From: an uncultured Clostridia bacterium
GTDB lineage: Bacteria > Bacillota > Clostridia > Oscillospirales > Ruminococcaceae
DNA: 64,000 bases
Direction: 5' to 3'
Assembly: GCA_947627005.1 (NCBI GenBank)
Contig: CANQUJ010000007.1
Location: 21,797 to 85,796 of the forward strand
In this document: positions 53,833-63,540 of the stretch, piece by piece
Layout: every line of letters begins with the position of its first letter
Numbering within the stretch: position 1 is the first letter of the stretch
Made by a program: the position numbers and the translations under genes
The notes under the pieces: model-generated
What the model was told of the DNA's origin: nothing
What the model saw: only the letters and a program-made list of their open reading frames with translations
Database searches by the model: none

Positions 53833-53931
53833 AACACATTTTTAATTTAACGCAAAGAAAATGAGGGCAAAAACGCTTTCGCAGCTAATTCCTTTTAAGC
53901 GGGTTGCTGCTTTCGTCTCTCCCCTGCTCCC

Positions 53932-54747
53932 TCATGTCACCCTCAAAGTTATCGAGACAATCTCCGGGCGGTTGTTTATTCTGAACGGAACAAGGCTGTT
54001 GCCGAGTCCGCGGCTTATGATAGTCGCTCTGTCGCCGAAACGGTGTATCCCCTCGTAGTATTCGGGGAAGAAATATTGGTCCGGCGCAATGACCCCGCCC
54101 AAAATCGGCAGCCTAATCTGCCCGCCGTGGGCGTGGCCGCAAAGGGCAAGGTCCGCACCGGCCGAGGCGTAGGACTCCGCGTATTGCGGGCGGTGGATCA
54201 GCAAAAGGTTGAAGAGCGAATCGTCGACAAGCCCCGATAGGCTCTCGGGCGAGAAATATTGCGAGTCGAACAGGCCGATTATGTTGATCTCTTCGCCCTC
54301 GCGGGTGATTTTTTCGGCCCTGCCGTCCAAAACCTTGACCCCGATTTGAGAAAGCGACGAAATCGTCTCGAGATATTCTTCGGTCGGAAGGCGCTCCTCG
54401 TGGTTTCCGGTGACATAGTATACCGGCGCGACCGAGCAAAGCGTCTCCATAAGCGACATCGCGGCCGAAACGTTAGAATCCCGCGAGTCGACAAGGTCGC
54501 CGGTCACGGCTATGATGTCCGGCCGCTCGGCGCTCACCTTTTTAATAATAGAGGAATACGACCTCGGCAGGGTCTTGACGTGGATATCCGAAAGGTGGCA
54601 GATCTTAAAGCCGTCGAAACTTTCGGCTATTTTTTCCGAGGAAAATTCGTAGTTCGTGACGGTCACGGCCTCGTTTTCAAAGGTAAGATAGGCCGCTGCG
54701 GCCGCCGCAACGCATGCGCAGATACATATCGCGGATTTTCTTTTCAT
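53932..54747 (-). CDS. Calcineurin-like metallophosphoesterase (YkuE-like), membrane/signal anchored
   Basis: The start was moved to MKRKSAICICA (ATG 54747-54745), which has the SD AAGGAG. Motifs present: HLSDIH, TGDLVD, GNHE and GHAHGGQ. Confidence 0.8.
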   Translation of the reverse strand: MKRKSAICICACVAAAAAAYLTFENEAVTVTNYEFSSEKIAESFDGFKICHLSDIHVKTLPRSYSSIIKKVSAERPDIIAVTGDLVDSRDSNVSAAMSLMETLCSVAPVYYVTGNHEERLPTEEYLETISSLSQIGVKVLDGRAEKITREGEEINIIGLFDSQYFSPESLSGLVDDSLFNLLLIHRPQYAESYASAGADLALCGHAHGGQIRLPILGGVIAPDQYFFPEYYEGIHRFGDRATIISRGLGNSLVPFRINNRPEIVSITLRVT

Positions 54748-55054
54748 GGCAAAGCTCCTTCTTTCGCGCGCTTTTGCGGCGAAGCCCAAAACCGCTTCGC
54801 GGTTTTTCCGCCGCCCCCCGCGGGGGCGGCGCGGCGCGCTCCGCGCGCCCGGGCTTCGCCCTCTGTGCGGATATTTTATCACTTTTTCCCGATCGAGTCA
54901 ACCGAGCCGCAATCAAGATATCCGAAGCTGCCTTTCGCCTTCCCCGCCCTTTTTTCTCAAATTCTATTGACTTTTTTTGCGGACGAGACTATAATATACA
55001 AGAATGTCAATTCTTTTCCGAATTTGATGTCAAATTTATTTAGGAGGATTTAAA

Positions 55055-57445
55055 GTGCGACGCATTAAAAAACCCGTATTCTTTATCGTAGTCGTGTTTA
55101 TCGCCGTTTTCGCCTTTTTGACCTTTAACGGCGTCTCGACTTATTACGGCGATATAAAAACGAGCCACATCAAGGGCGTCGACGATATCCGCTGGGGTAT
55201 AGATATCTCGGGCGGCGTTGACGTAACCTTTGCCCCGCCGGAGGGGGTCACCGCCACCGAGGAGCAGATGGACGCCGCAAAGGCCGCCATCGAAGTCAGA
55301 CTCGTAAATCTCGGCATCACCGACTACGAGCTTTATGTAGACTACTCTAACTACGACATTATCGTAAGATTCCCGTGGCAGGCCGGCGAAGAGGACTTCG
55401 ACCCGGAGGCCGCGGTGCGCGAGCTCGGCGAGACCGCAGAGCTTACCTTCCGCGAAGGATATGAGACCGACGAATACGGCCACTGGACCGGCACGACGGC
55501 CGACAATATCATCGTCTCGGGCGACCACGTCGTCTCCGCATACGTCGGAATGTATGAAGAAGAGGGGCAGCAGAAATTCTGCGTAAACCTCGAATTTGAC
55601 GAACAGGGGACTAAGGACTTCGGCGACGCGACTTCCCGCCTCGCCCCGAGCCAAGGAATAATCTCGATCTGGATGGACGAAACCGTCATCTCCTACCCGA
55701 CGGTTCAGTCCGCGATCACCACCGGACAGGCCCAGATCACCGGAAGCGGCGCAAACGGCTTCACTTATACCGAAGCCAAGGCTTTGGCGGACAAGATCTC
55801 TGCCGGCGCTCTTCCTTATAAAATGGTAACCTCTAACTTCTCCACCATTTCGCCTACTCTCGGCGCCGGCGCAAGAAACGCCATGCTGATCGCCGGGGTC
55901 ATCGCGTTCGCAATAATCTGCGTATATATGATCTGCGTATACAGGCTGCCCGGCGTTGTCGCCTCGATCGCCCTGTTCGGCCAGGTGGTCGGGACTATCG
56001 CATGCATCACCGGCTTCTTCGGCAGCATACCGAGCTTCACGCTGACTCTCCCCGGTATCGCGGGTATCATTCTTGCAGTAGGTATGGGAGTCGACGCGAA
56101 CGTCGTCACGTTTGAAAGAGTAAAAGAAGAGCTTAGAAACGGCAAGGGCCTTATGAGCGCCCTCGAGCTCGGCTATTCCCGCGCTTGGTCGGCAATATTC
56201 GACGGCAACATAACCGTCGTCTTCGTCGCCGTGATCCTTATGGGCGCGTTCGGGCCGCCGGACAGCTTGTTCGCCAAGGCGATGAGCTGGCTCTACTTCC
56301 TCTTCCCGACCACTATCGAAGGGACCATCTACTCCTTCGGATACACCCTTTTGGTCGGCGTTATCCTTAACTTCATCTTCGGCGTCGGCGCGACAAGGCT
56401 TATGCTCGCCTCTCTCGCCAAATTCAAAGCTTTCAGAAACGAAAAGCTCTACTGCGCCAACCTCGAGGCCAAGCCCAAAAAGCTCAAAGTATTCAACAAG
56501 AGAAAGATCTTCTATACCGTCTCTCTCGCCGTCGTCGTTCTTTCGCTGGTATTCACCTTTATCGTCGGAATGAACGTAGCTATCGAGTTTAAGGGCGGAA
56601 CGATCATCACCTACTCCTACACCGGCTCGGTCGACGAAAACGCCGTCGCCTCTGCCGCGCAGGAAATAACCGGTCAGCAGTGCAACGCCACCCTCGGCGA
56701 AAGCCTTGCAGACGGCGCAACTACCGTCGCGCTCTCCTTCCCGTCTTCAAGCGGCTTGACTGCCGACGCCCAGAGCGAGCTCACCGATTCTCTTAAAGAG
56801 CGCTTCCCCGGCGCCGCGCTTGAGATTTACAGTTCTCAAGACGTCGACCCGTCGACCGGCTCCGGCTTCTTCGGAAAGTGCATAGTCGCGGTAATCTTCT
56901 CGGCGATTGTCATGATAATCTATATCGGCTTCCGCTTCAGCGGAAAGTTCGGCAAGGCCAAGCGCTATTCCGCCGAAATAAGCGGACTTGCCCTCGGCTG
57001 CTGCTCGGTCGTCGCGCTGGTCCACGATATGTTCTTCGTATACGCCTGCTGCCTGCTGTTCAGATTCGACATTGATTCAAACTTTATGGCGGTGCTCTTA
57101 ACTATCCTCGGCTATTCGATCAACGCAACTATCATCATCTACGACCGTATCCGCGAGAATCGCAGACTTTACGGCGACGAAAAGACCTTTGCCGAGCTCA
57201 CCGATATGAGCGTATCGCAGTCTTTCGGCCGTTCCCTCCATACCACCGCGACGACGGTCATCGCGATGGCGACGATCTGCATTGTCGCGATAGTCGCGGG
57301 CGTGGAATCTATACTGACCTTCGCCTTCCCGCTGGTCATCGGCCTTCTTGCCGGCGTATACAGCTCTAACTGCATAGCGCCTACCCTTTGGGCAGTATGG
57401 CAGACCGCGATAGAAAAGAGAAAAGCGAAGAAATCCGCAAAGTAA
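55055..57445 (+). CDS. secDF: Fused protein translocase subunit SecDF
   Basis: 796 aa with a GTG start after AGGAGGA. The SecD-like half (GIDISGGVDV) is followed by the SecF-like half (IEFKGGTIITYSY). About 12 TM. Confidence 0.9.
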   Translation: MRRIKKPVFFIVVVFIAVFAFLTFNGVSTYYGDIKTSHIKGVDDIRWGIDISGGVDVTFAPPEGVTATEEQMDAAKAAIEVRLVNLGITDYELYVDYSNYDIIVRFPWQAGEEDFDPEAAVRELGETAELTFREGYETDEYGHWTGTTADNIIVSGDHVVSAYVGMYEEEGQQKFCVNLEFDEQGTKDFGDATSRLAPSQGIISIWMDETVISYPTVQSAITTGQAQITGSGANGFTYTEAKALADKISAGALPYKMVTSNFSTISPTLGAGARNAMLIAGVIAFAIICVYMICVYRLPGVVASIALFGQVVGTIACITGFFGSIPSFTLTLPGIAGIILAVGMGVDANVVTFERVKEELRNGKGLMSALELGYSRAWSAIFDGNITVVFVAVILMGAFGPPDSLFAKAMSWLYFLFPTTIEGTIYSFGYTLLVGVILNFIFGVGATRLMLASLAKFKAFRNEKLYCANLEAKPKKLKVFNKRKIFYTVSLAVVVLSLVFTFIVGMNVAIEFKGGTIITYSYTGSVDENAVASAAQEITGQQCNATLGESLADGATTVALSFPSSSGLTADAQSELTDSLKERFPGAALEIYSSQDVDPSTGSGFFGKCIVAVIFSAIVMIIYIGFRFSGKFGKAKRYSAEISGLALGCCSVVALVHDMFFVYACCLLFRFDIDSNFMAVLLTILGYSINATIIIYDRIRENRRLYGDEKTFAELTDMSVSQSFGRSLHTTATTVIAMATICIVAIVAGVESILTFAFPLVIGLLAGVYSSNCIAPTLWAVWQTAIEKRKAKKSAK

Positions 57446-57564
57446 TTTAAAGATTTGCCCCCGAGGTAACTCGGGGGCTGCTTTATGCGATTTTGCCATT
57501 TTCGCCTTGACATTTTCTCTTTTTTGCATAATAATATAAAAAAGTCTTATCGGAGGAACGCGAC

Positions 57565-58755
57565 ATGAACTATAAAATATCTGATAAATTCAAAAACCTT
57601 AAGCCCTCGGCGATCCGCGAGATTTTTAAAAGCCTCGGCGCGCCGGGCGCGATTTCTTTCGCCGCCGGCAACCCTAATCCGGACAGTTTTCCGGTCTCGG
57701 ATATGAGGCGGATAGCCGACGAAATTTTCTCGAACGAATCGGTGGCCGCGCTTCAATACGGCATCACCGAGGGCTATACCCCGCTCAGAAAGCTCGTATC
57801 CGAGCGCTTGAAAAGGGTATATAACATCGGCGGGCCCGAAGACGACCTTATCATCGTGACCGGCGGGCAGCAGGGGATAGAGCTTACCTGTAAGGTTATG
57901 TGCAACGAGGGCGACGTCGTTTTGTGCGAAGACCCGAGCTTTATCGGCGCGCTGAACGCCTTCCGCTCGCTCGGCGCAAAGCTTGTCGGCGTGCCCCTCG
58001 AGGAAGACGGCATAGACCTTGCCGCGCTCGAGGCCGCGCTTAAGGCCAACCCCCGCGCAAAATTCCTCTATACTATACCCACCTTCCAAAACCCCGCCGG
58101 AATCACCACCTCGCTTGAAAAGCGCCGCGCGGTTTTGGCCCTCGCGAAAAAATACGACATCTTAATTCTCGAAGACAACCCCTACGGCGACCTTCGCTTT
58201 ACCGGCGAAGACGTCCCGACATATAAGAGCATGGACGACGAGGGGCGGGTGCTCTATTGCGGCTCGTTCTCTAAGGTCCTCTCGGCCGGAATGAGAATCG
58301 GCTTTTTGTGCGCCGACAAAGATATCATCTCTAAAATAGTCGTCGCGAAGCAGGTCGAGGACGTTCACACAAACAATTTCTTCCAGATGATCTGCGCGAA
58401 ATACATCGAGCAATGCGACCTTGAGGCCCACATCGCCGAAATTCGCGAGATGTACCGCAAAAAGGCGGGGCTGATGATCTCGGCTCTCGAAAAATATATG
58501 CCCGAGGGCGTAAGCTTCACTCGCCCCGAGGGCGGTATCTTCCTTTGGTGCTCTCTGCCCGAGGGGCTTTCGCTCGACGAGTTCGTCGCCCGGGCAGGAG
58601 AGAAGAATGTATTCGTAGTCCCCGGAACCGCCTTCAGCCCCGACCCCGAGGCCCCGAACCACTCGTTCAGACTCAACTACTCTATGCCCACCGACGAAGA
58701 GATCGACCGGGGAATAAAGATCTTGGCCGACATCGCCCGGGACATGATAGATTGA
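57565..58755 (+). CDS. PLP-dependent aminotransferase, class I/II
   Basis: 396 aa. The motifs KPSAIREIF, FAAGNPNPDSFP and the PLP-lysine context SFSKVLSAGMRIG are present. Confidence 0.85.
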   Translation: MNYKISDKFKNLKPSAIREIFKSLGAPGAISFAAGNPNPDSFPVSDMRRIADEIFSNESVAALQYGITEGYTPLRKLVSERLKRVYNIGGPEDDLIIVTGGQQGIELTCKVMCNEGDVVLCEDPSFIGALNAFRSLGAKLVGVPLEEDGIDLAALEAALKANPRAKFLYTIPTFQNPAGITTSLEKRRAVLALAKKYDILILEDNPYGDLRFTGEDVPTYKSMDDEGRVLYCGSFSKVLSAGMRIGFLCADKDIISKIVVAKQVEDVHTNNFFQMICAKYIEQCDLEAHIAEIREMYRKKAGLMISALEKYMPEGVSFTRPEGGIFLWCSLPEGLSLDEFVARAGEKNVFVVPGTAFSPDPEAPNHSFRLNYSMPTDEEIDRGIKILADIARDMID

Positions 58756-58762
58756 CAGATAT

Positions 58763-58815
58763 CGGACTTTCTATCCTTTTATCTTCCGATTTCCGACCTC
58801 TGCTTTCTGTCTTCT
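58763..58815. repeat. Left arm of a 53-bp imperfect inverted repeat
   Basis: The arm reads cggactttctatccttttatcttccgatttccgacctctgctttctgtcttct. By hand alignment 44 of 53 positions match the reverse complement of 60591-60643. Confidence 0.7.
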
Positions 58816-58903
58816 ACATTGACTTCTTCAAAAAACGGTAGTATAATATATCTCTCGAAATCGCAAATTTCGCGGCTCGCCGCTTTATAAAGGAGGAATA
58901 ACC

Positions 58904-59770
58904 TTGCACAATTCTCTGTCGGAGCGCTACGGCGCGGCTTTCGGCGTTATGAAGACCAAAAACCACCTTTATCTTATCGGCCTCGGGGCGCTTGCGGCCG
59001 TTCTAACTATGGCCTCGTTCCATTCGATAGCCGCAATCGTCTTGTCTGTCGCGGTCATACCGGTGACTCTCTGCTTGATGGCGGGGCTCTGCTCGGCATA
59101 TCTTAAGGCGATTCGCGGAAAAGACATCTCCATAACCGACCTTTTCGCCGCCTTTGAAGATTTCGACTCGTTTAAGCGGGTCGCGGGCGGCCTTTTGTGG
59201 CAGGCCCTCTGGCTGTTCATCTGGTCCTATCTCCCCTTTATCGCGCTTATGTTTTCCTCCGGCTTTGTGTTCACCTTTTTGTCGGTGATGTTCCGGCACC
59301 CCGCAGCGTTTATGATACTCTGGCTGCTGTTCTGCGGCGTCCTCTGTATCGCGATGACGGTCATGCTTATATACAAAAGCCTCGAATACTGCTTCGCGCC
59401 CTATATACTTATGACCCGGACGGAGGTTAAGCCCACCGCCGCGATAAAAGAATCGAGCAGAATGACCAAGGGGATTCGCGGAAAGATGTTTTTGGCGGCG
59501 TTTTTGCCGACCGCCGCGTTCTATATCGCGATTATCGTTTTAAGCGTTTTGTCGCTCATACCCGTTTTGGGGCTTATTTTCGCATTTTTGATGTTTCTTC
59601 TGACCGCCGTGTTTTTCATCGAATTTCCGATCTTCGGCGGGCTGGTTTTCGCCGGGTTCTATGACGAAGCCGTCCGCGCCGCCGCTCCGCCGACCGATAC
59701 GCCTGCCCCCGATATAAGCGAGCAGAGCGTCGAAGCTTCCGCGCCGCCCCAAGTCGGCGGGATCTGCTAA
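58904..59770 (+). CDS. Multi-pass membrane protein (DUF975-like)
   Basis: 288 aa with a TTG start after AAGGAGGA. It has 5-6 TM and a Pro/Ala-rich tail. The family call is tentative. Confidence 0.5.
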   Translation: MHNSLSERYGAAFGVMKTKNHLYLIGLGALAAVLTMASFHSIAAIVLSVAVIPVTLCLMAGLCSAYLKAIRGKDISITDLFAAFEDFDSFKRVAGGLLWQALWLFIWSYLPFIALMFSSGFVFTFLSVMFRHPAAFMILWLLFCGVLCIAMTVMLIYKSLEYCFAPYILMTRTEVKPTAAIKESSRMTKGIRGKMFLAAFLPTAAFYIAIIVLSVLSLIPVLGLIFAFLMFLLTAVFFIEFPIFGGLVFAGFYDEAVRAAAPPTDTPAPDISEQSVEASAPPQVGGIC

Positions 59771-59912
59771 AATCATCAAACCCAAAGCCCGAACGCCGCG
59801 AAAACAGGGGAGGACGGTTAAGTCCCCCGGTTTTACCGCGGCTTAGGAAATAGAGACGAACAAGCCTAAAATCGGCTTGCCTCAACCGTATCAGCAAAGG
59901 AGATAATTTAAA

Positions 59913-60578
59913 ATGAAAAGATTTATCGCTTTGATCCTCGCCCTCGCGCTTGCGCTTTCGCTTTGCGCCTGCGGCGACGAAGGGGTCAGAACCCCCAACG
60001 AGCCGGAGGAGAACACCGCCGAGCCCGCCGAGGCCGCGCCGGAAGAAGAGCCCGCCAAAGAGGAGCCCCCGATCGAGATCCCGAGATTTTTAGAGCCCGA
60101 CGATATGCCCGAGGCGAGCTTCCCCGAATTTACCGACGAAAGCCTTGCCATCGAGGTAGACGGCGAAAGCTATAACCTCGGCTGGCTTTACGAGCACAAT
60201 ATCCACGACTGGATAGAGGCGGGCATAAGCTTCGACCAGGTAAACGACGTTTCGCCGAAGCTTCTCGGCCTCGACTATACCGACGAAGCCTTCGAGGCGA
60301 TTAAGAAAAAGGTATCAGACTTTACAGAGATCACCATGTTAAACGCCTCGGCAGAGCCTTCGGCCGTCGCCGGAAGCATAGTGGTCACCAAGGGCGACGA
60401 AGAGACCACCTATGATTTGGCTTGGCTTTCAAGCAACAACGCCACCGCCTATACCGAGGCCGGCATCGGCGCGGAGGTAGTCGCGCAGTATCTCGAATCC
60501 CTTAAGGCCGACTTCTGGTATACCAAGGAATACCGCTGGATCGAAGAGGTCTATAACCGCCTCGTAAACGGATTCTGA
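59913..60578 (+). CDS. Lipoprotein with an acidic linker and two internal repeats; unknown function
   Basis: 221 aa with lipobox LSLCAC. The repeated segments are SYNLGWLYEHNIHDWIEAGISFDQV and TYDLAWLSSNNATAYTEAGIGAEVV. Confidence 0.6.
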   Translation: MKRFIALILALALALSLCACGDEGVRTPNEPEENTAEPAEAAPEEEPAKEEPPIEIPRFLEPDDMPEASFPEFTDESLAIEVDGESYNLGWLYEHNIHDWIEAGISFDQVNDVSPKLLGLDYTDEAFEAIKKKVSDFTEITMLNASAEPSAVAGSIVVTKGDEETTYDLAWLSSNNATAYTEAGIGAEVVAQYLESLKADFWYTKEYRWIEEVYNRLVNGF

Positions 60579-60590
60579 GCCTTAGAAAAC

Positions 60591-60643
60591 AGAGAACAGA
60601 GAACAGAGGGCAGAAATCGGAGGTTAAGAGGATAGAAAGTCCG
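60591..60643. repeat. Right arm of the 53-bp inverted repeat
   Basis: The arm reads agagaacagagaacagagggcagaaatcggaggttaagaggatagaaagtccg. Confidence 0.7.
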
Positions 60644-60704
60644 AAAATCTCACAAAGCCCCAAAAACAATTTCTGTTCCCCGACTATCTGATTTCTGTCA
60701 ATCT

Positions 60705-60733
60705 AAAAAAGCAGCCGTTCGGGCTGCTTTTTT
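60705..60733. terminator. Bidirectional intrinsic terminator
   Basis: The hairpin aaaaaa-gcagcc-gttcg-ggctgc-tttttt is present. Confidence 0.8.
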
Positions 60734-60774
60734 AGGGCTTTTTCCAAATTTTCAAAAAAATAAAGCGAAAGCCC

Positions 60775-60803
60775 TTGACAAGCGTGATTTTGCGTGATAG
60801 AAT
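60775..60803 (+). promoter_or_regulatory. Promoter TTGACA-17-TAGAAT with extended -10 TG, for rpmG-secE-nusG
   Basis: Hexamers lie at 60775-60780 and 60798-60803. A leader of about 200 nt follows. Confidence 0.65.
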
Positions 60804-61009
60804 AGCTTTACCTCTTTGTGGGGTCTTTTTTTGGTGCACTTTTTTCGCCCGCCCCCGCAAAACTCCTTGATATATCGGGGTCGGGGCTTTCTCGCGGCGG
60901 TCAGTTGCCGCGCGCCTGCTTCGGAGGGAGGCAATAATACCGCCGAGCGCGGTACAGACTGCGCTTTCAGTTGCCCGCGAAAGCGTAAATTTTGTCAGGA
61001 GGTGCCGAA

Positions 61010-61159
61010 ATGAGGGTTAAAATCACATTGGCCTGCACAGAATGCAAGCAAAGAAACTACTGCACAAAGAAGAACAAGAAAAACGATCCCGACAGGCTTG
61101 AGATGAACAAATACTGCAAGTTCTGCCGCAAGCACACTCTCCACAGAGAGACCAAGTAA
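61010..61159 (+). CDS. rpmG: 50S ribosomal protein L33 (zinc-ribbon form)
   Basis: 49 aa, [49 protein letters not shown]. The SD AGGAGG lies 7 nt upstream. It is too short for the ORF track. Confidence 0.93.
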   Translation: MRVKITLACTECKQRNYCTKKNKKNDPDRLEMNKYCKFCRKHTLHRETK

Positions 61160-61176
61160 AAGAGAGGGAGAGTTAA

Positions 61177-61407
61177 ATGGCTAAAGATCAGAAAAAACCC
61201 AACATCTTCGTGCGCATCGGCCGCGCCGTAGCAAAGTTCTTCAGAGACTCCGTAAGCGAAGTCAAGAAGGTCGTATGGCCGAGCAAAAAGCAGGTGCTTA
61301 ACAACACCGCGGTCGTTCTCGCCGTCTGCATAATCTGCGGCGCGGCGCTGTTCGGAATAGATTCCGCGTTCGCGTTTCTCGTCAAGCTTCTTGTCGGGGC
61401 GCTTTAA
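61177..61407 (+). CDS. secE: Preprotein translocase subunit SecE
   Basis: 76 aa. The motif EVKKVVWPSKKQ is followed by a single TM. The gene order is conserved. Confidence 0.9.
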   Translation: MAKDQKKPNIFVRIGRAVAKFFRDSVSEVKKVVWPSKKQVLNNTAVVLAVCIICGAALFGIDSAFAFLVKLLVGAL

Positions 61408-61458
61408 GAACCGACCGCAGCAGGCTTTTTAATCAAGGCATGAAAGGAAGAAAGCTAT

Positions 61459-61998
61459 ATGGATACGGAATTGACGGCTAAGTGGTATGTAGTTCACACT
61501 TATTCCGGCTACGAAAACAAAGTTGCCCAGAATATCGAAAAGGTTGTTGAAAACCGCAAGCTTCAGGATACCATTCAGCAGGTCCGCGTGCCGGTCGAAA
61601 CCATCGAACAGACCGACGCGAACGGAAACAAAAAAGAAGCCGAATCAAAGCTTTTTCCGAGCTATGTATTGGTCAAGATGGTCATGACCGACGAAAGTTG
61701 GTATATCGTCCGCAACACCCGCGGAGTTACCGGCTTTGTCGGCCCGGGGTCTAAGCCGGTTCCTCTTTCGGACAAAGAGGTCGCGGCCCTGGGGGTAGAC
61801 GTCAGAAAGGTTCAGACAAGCGTAAACTTCAAGGCCGGGGACGAAGTCACCGTTTTGGGCGGCCCGTTCGACGGCTGGGTAGGAACCGTTCGCGCTATAA
61901 ATCTTGACGAACAGACGGTCGATATCGTCGTTTCGATGTTCGGCCGCGAAACTCCGGCGACCTTGCCTGTCTCGCAGGTCAAAAAGGTCGAAGAGTAA
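61459..61998 (+). CDS. nusG: Transcription termination/antitermination factor NusG
   Basis: 179 aa. The NGN domain reads KWYVVHTYSGYENKV. The KOW domain reads GDEVTVLGGPFDGWVGTV. Confidence 0.95.
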   Translation: MDTELTAKWYVVHTYSGYENKVAQNIEKVVENRKLQDTIQQVRVPVETIEQTDANGNKKEAESKLFPSYVLVKMVMTDESWYIVRNTRGVTGFVGPGSKPVPLSDKEVAALGVDVRKVQTSVNFKAGDEVTVLGGPFDGWVGTVRAINLDEQTVDIVVSMFGRETPATLPVSQVKKVEE

Positions 61999-62081
61999 AT
62001 TCGCGCCCAAGCGCGATTAAGTGGGAGAGTCGGAATCCATTTTAAACGGCTCGCCGTCACCACAAATTTGGAGGTTAAATT

Positions 62082-62507
62082 ATGGCACAGAAAGTAACAG
62101 GCATCATTAAGTTACAGATCCCCGCGGGCAAAGCCACACCCGCGCCGCCGGTAGGTCCCGCCTTGGGCCAGCATGGCGTTAATATCGTGGCCTTTACCAA
62201 AGACTTCAACGAGAGAACCAAAAACGACATGGGTCTTATAATCCCCGTAGTAATCACAGTCTACGCCGACCGTTCGTTCACCTTCATCACCAAAACCCCT
62301 CCGGCCGCAGTTCTCATCAAAAAGGCCTGCGGAATCGAGTCGGGCTCCGGCGTTCCGAACAAGACTAAAGTCGCGACCATAACCAAAGATCAGGTCAGAG
62401 CCATCGCCGAGCAGAAGCTGCCCGACCTTAACGCCGGCTCGGTCGAGGCCGCCATGTCTATGATCGCGGGAACCGCGCGCTCGATGGGCGTTACCGTCGT
62501 CGACTGA
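62082..62507 (+). CDS. rplK: 50S ribosomal protein L11
   Basis: 141 aa. The sequence [25 protein letters not shown] is present. Confidence 0.97.
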   Translation: MAQKVTGIIKLQIPAGKATPAPPVGPALGQHGVNIVAFTKDFNERTKNDMGLIIPVVITVYADRSFTFITKTPPAAVLIKKACGIESGSGVPNKTKVATITKDQVRAIAEQKLPDLNAGSVEAAMSMIAGTARSMGVTVVD

Positions 62508-62603
62508 TAAAACTTATAAGCAATCGGGCAAAAGCCCGATCAGTGGGAGGATATTCCTTTTCCGCTTACCACATCGAATGATTATAAAGGAGATTATACT
62601 ATA

Positions 62604-63299
62604 ATGAAACACGGTAAGAAATATACCGACAGCTTAAAAGCCGTCGACAAAACAAAATTCTACGATTCGCTCGAAGCCTGCGAGCTTGCGGCCGCTAACG
62701 CCAAGGCCAAGTTCGACGAGACCATCGAGGTCCATATCCGACTCGGGGTCGACTCTCGCCACGCAGACCAGCAGGTCCGCGGCGCGGTAGTTTTGCCGAA
62801 CGGAACCGGCAAGACCGTTCGCACCCTCGTCTTCTGCAAAGAAGACAAATACGACGCCGCCAAAGAGGCCGGCGCGGATTACGTCGGCGGGCTCGACTAC
62901 GTCGACAAGATTCTCAAAGAAAACTGGATGGACTTTGACGTCGTCATCGCCTCGCCCGATATGATGGGCGTGGTCGGCCGACTCGGTAAGGTCCTCGGCC
63001 CCCGCGGATTGATGCCTAACCCCAAGGCCGGAACCGTCGCGCCAGACGTTGCAAAGGCGGTCACCGAAGCCAAGGCCGGTAAGATCGAATACAGGCTCGA
63101 CAAGACCAACATTATCCACTGCCCGATCGGCAAGGCTTCGTTCGGGAAAGAAAAGCTCGCCGAGAACTACGAGACTTTGGTCGAAGCGGTAGTAAAGGCC
63201 AAGCCCGCCGCCGCAAAGGGCCAATACCTCAAGTCGATCGTCGTTTCCTCGACCATGGGCGTGGGCATAAAATGCAACACTGCCAAGTACGGGGTCTGA
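62604..63299 (+). CDS. rplA: 50S ribosomal protein L1
   Basis: 231 aa. The sequences [14 protein letters not shown] and [14 protein letters not shown] are present. Confidence 0.97.
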   Translation: MKHGKKYTDSLKAVDKTKFYDSLEACELAAANAKAKFDETIEVHIRLGVDSRHADQQVRGAVVLPNGTGKTVRTLVFCKEDKYDAAKEAGADYVGGLDYVDKILKENWMDFDVVIASPDMMGVVGRLGKVLGPRGLMPNPKAGTVAPDVAKAVTEAKAGKIEYRLDKTNIIHCPIGKASFGKEKLAENYETLVEAVVKAKPAAAKGQYLKSIVVSSTMGVGIKCNTAKYGV

Positions 63300-63317
63300 T
63301 TCAACGAAAAGATATTT

Positions 63318-63348
63318 GCGCTCGACTAAGCTCGGGCGCTTTTTCTTT
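63318..63348 (+). terminator. Terminator/attenuator after rplA
   Basis: The stem gcgctcga / tcgggcgc is followed by TTTTTCTTT. Confidence 0.6.
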
Positions 63349-63368
63349 AAAAAATTCGCTTCTCCCCC

Positions 63369-63397
63369 TTGACAAAAGGGCGGAGGGGTGATATAAT
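63369..63397 (+). promoter_or_regulatory. Consensus promoter TTGACA-17-TATAAT for rplJ
   Basis: Hexamers lie at 63369-63374 and 63392-63397. Confidence 0.7.
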
Positions 63398-63540
63398 CGC
63401 TCTTGCACCGATCTTAAGACAGCAGGCGACGGTAAGTCCTGCCGAGGAAAGGAATAACATGAATTTCCATGTCCCTTTTCTCTATGAAAAGGGATTTTAA
63501 TTTCGGGGCTAAATTATCACACGGGTGGTGAAACAAAAAT
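63398..63540 (+). promoter_or_regulatory. Probable ribosomal protein L10 leader (autoregulatory 5' UTR)
   Basis: A structured UTR of about 140 nt lies between the promoter and the rplJ ATG, in the conserved position in Firmicutes. It has not been verified by a covariance model. Confidence 0.45.
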
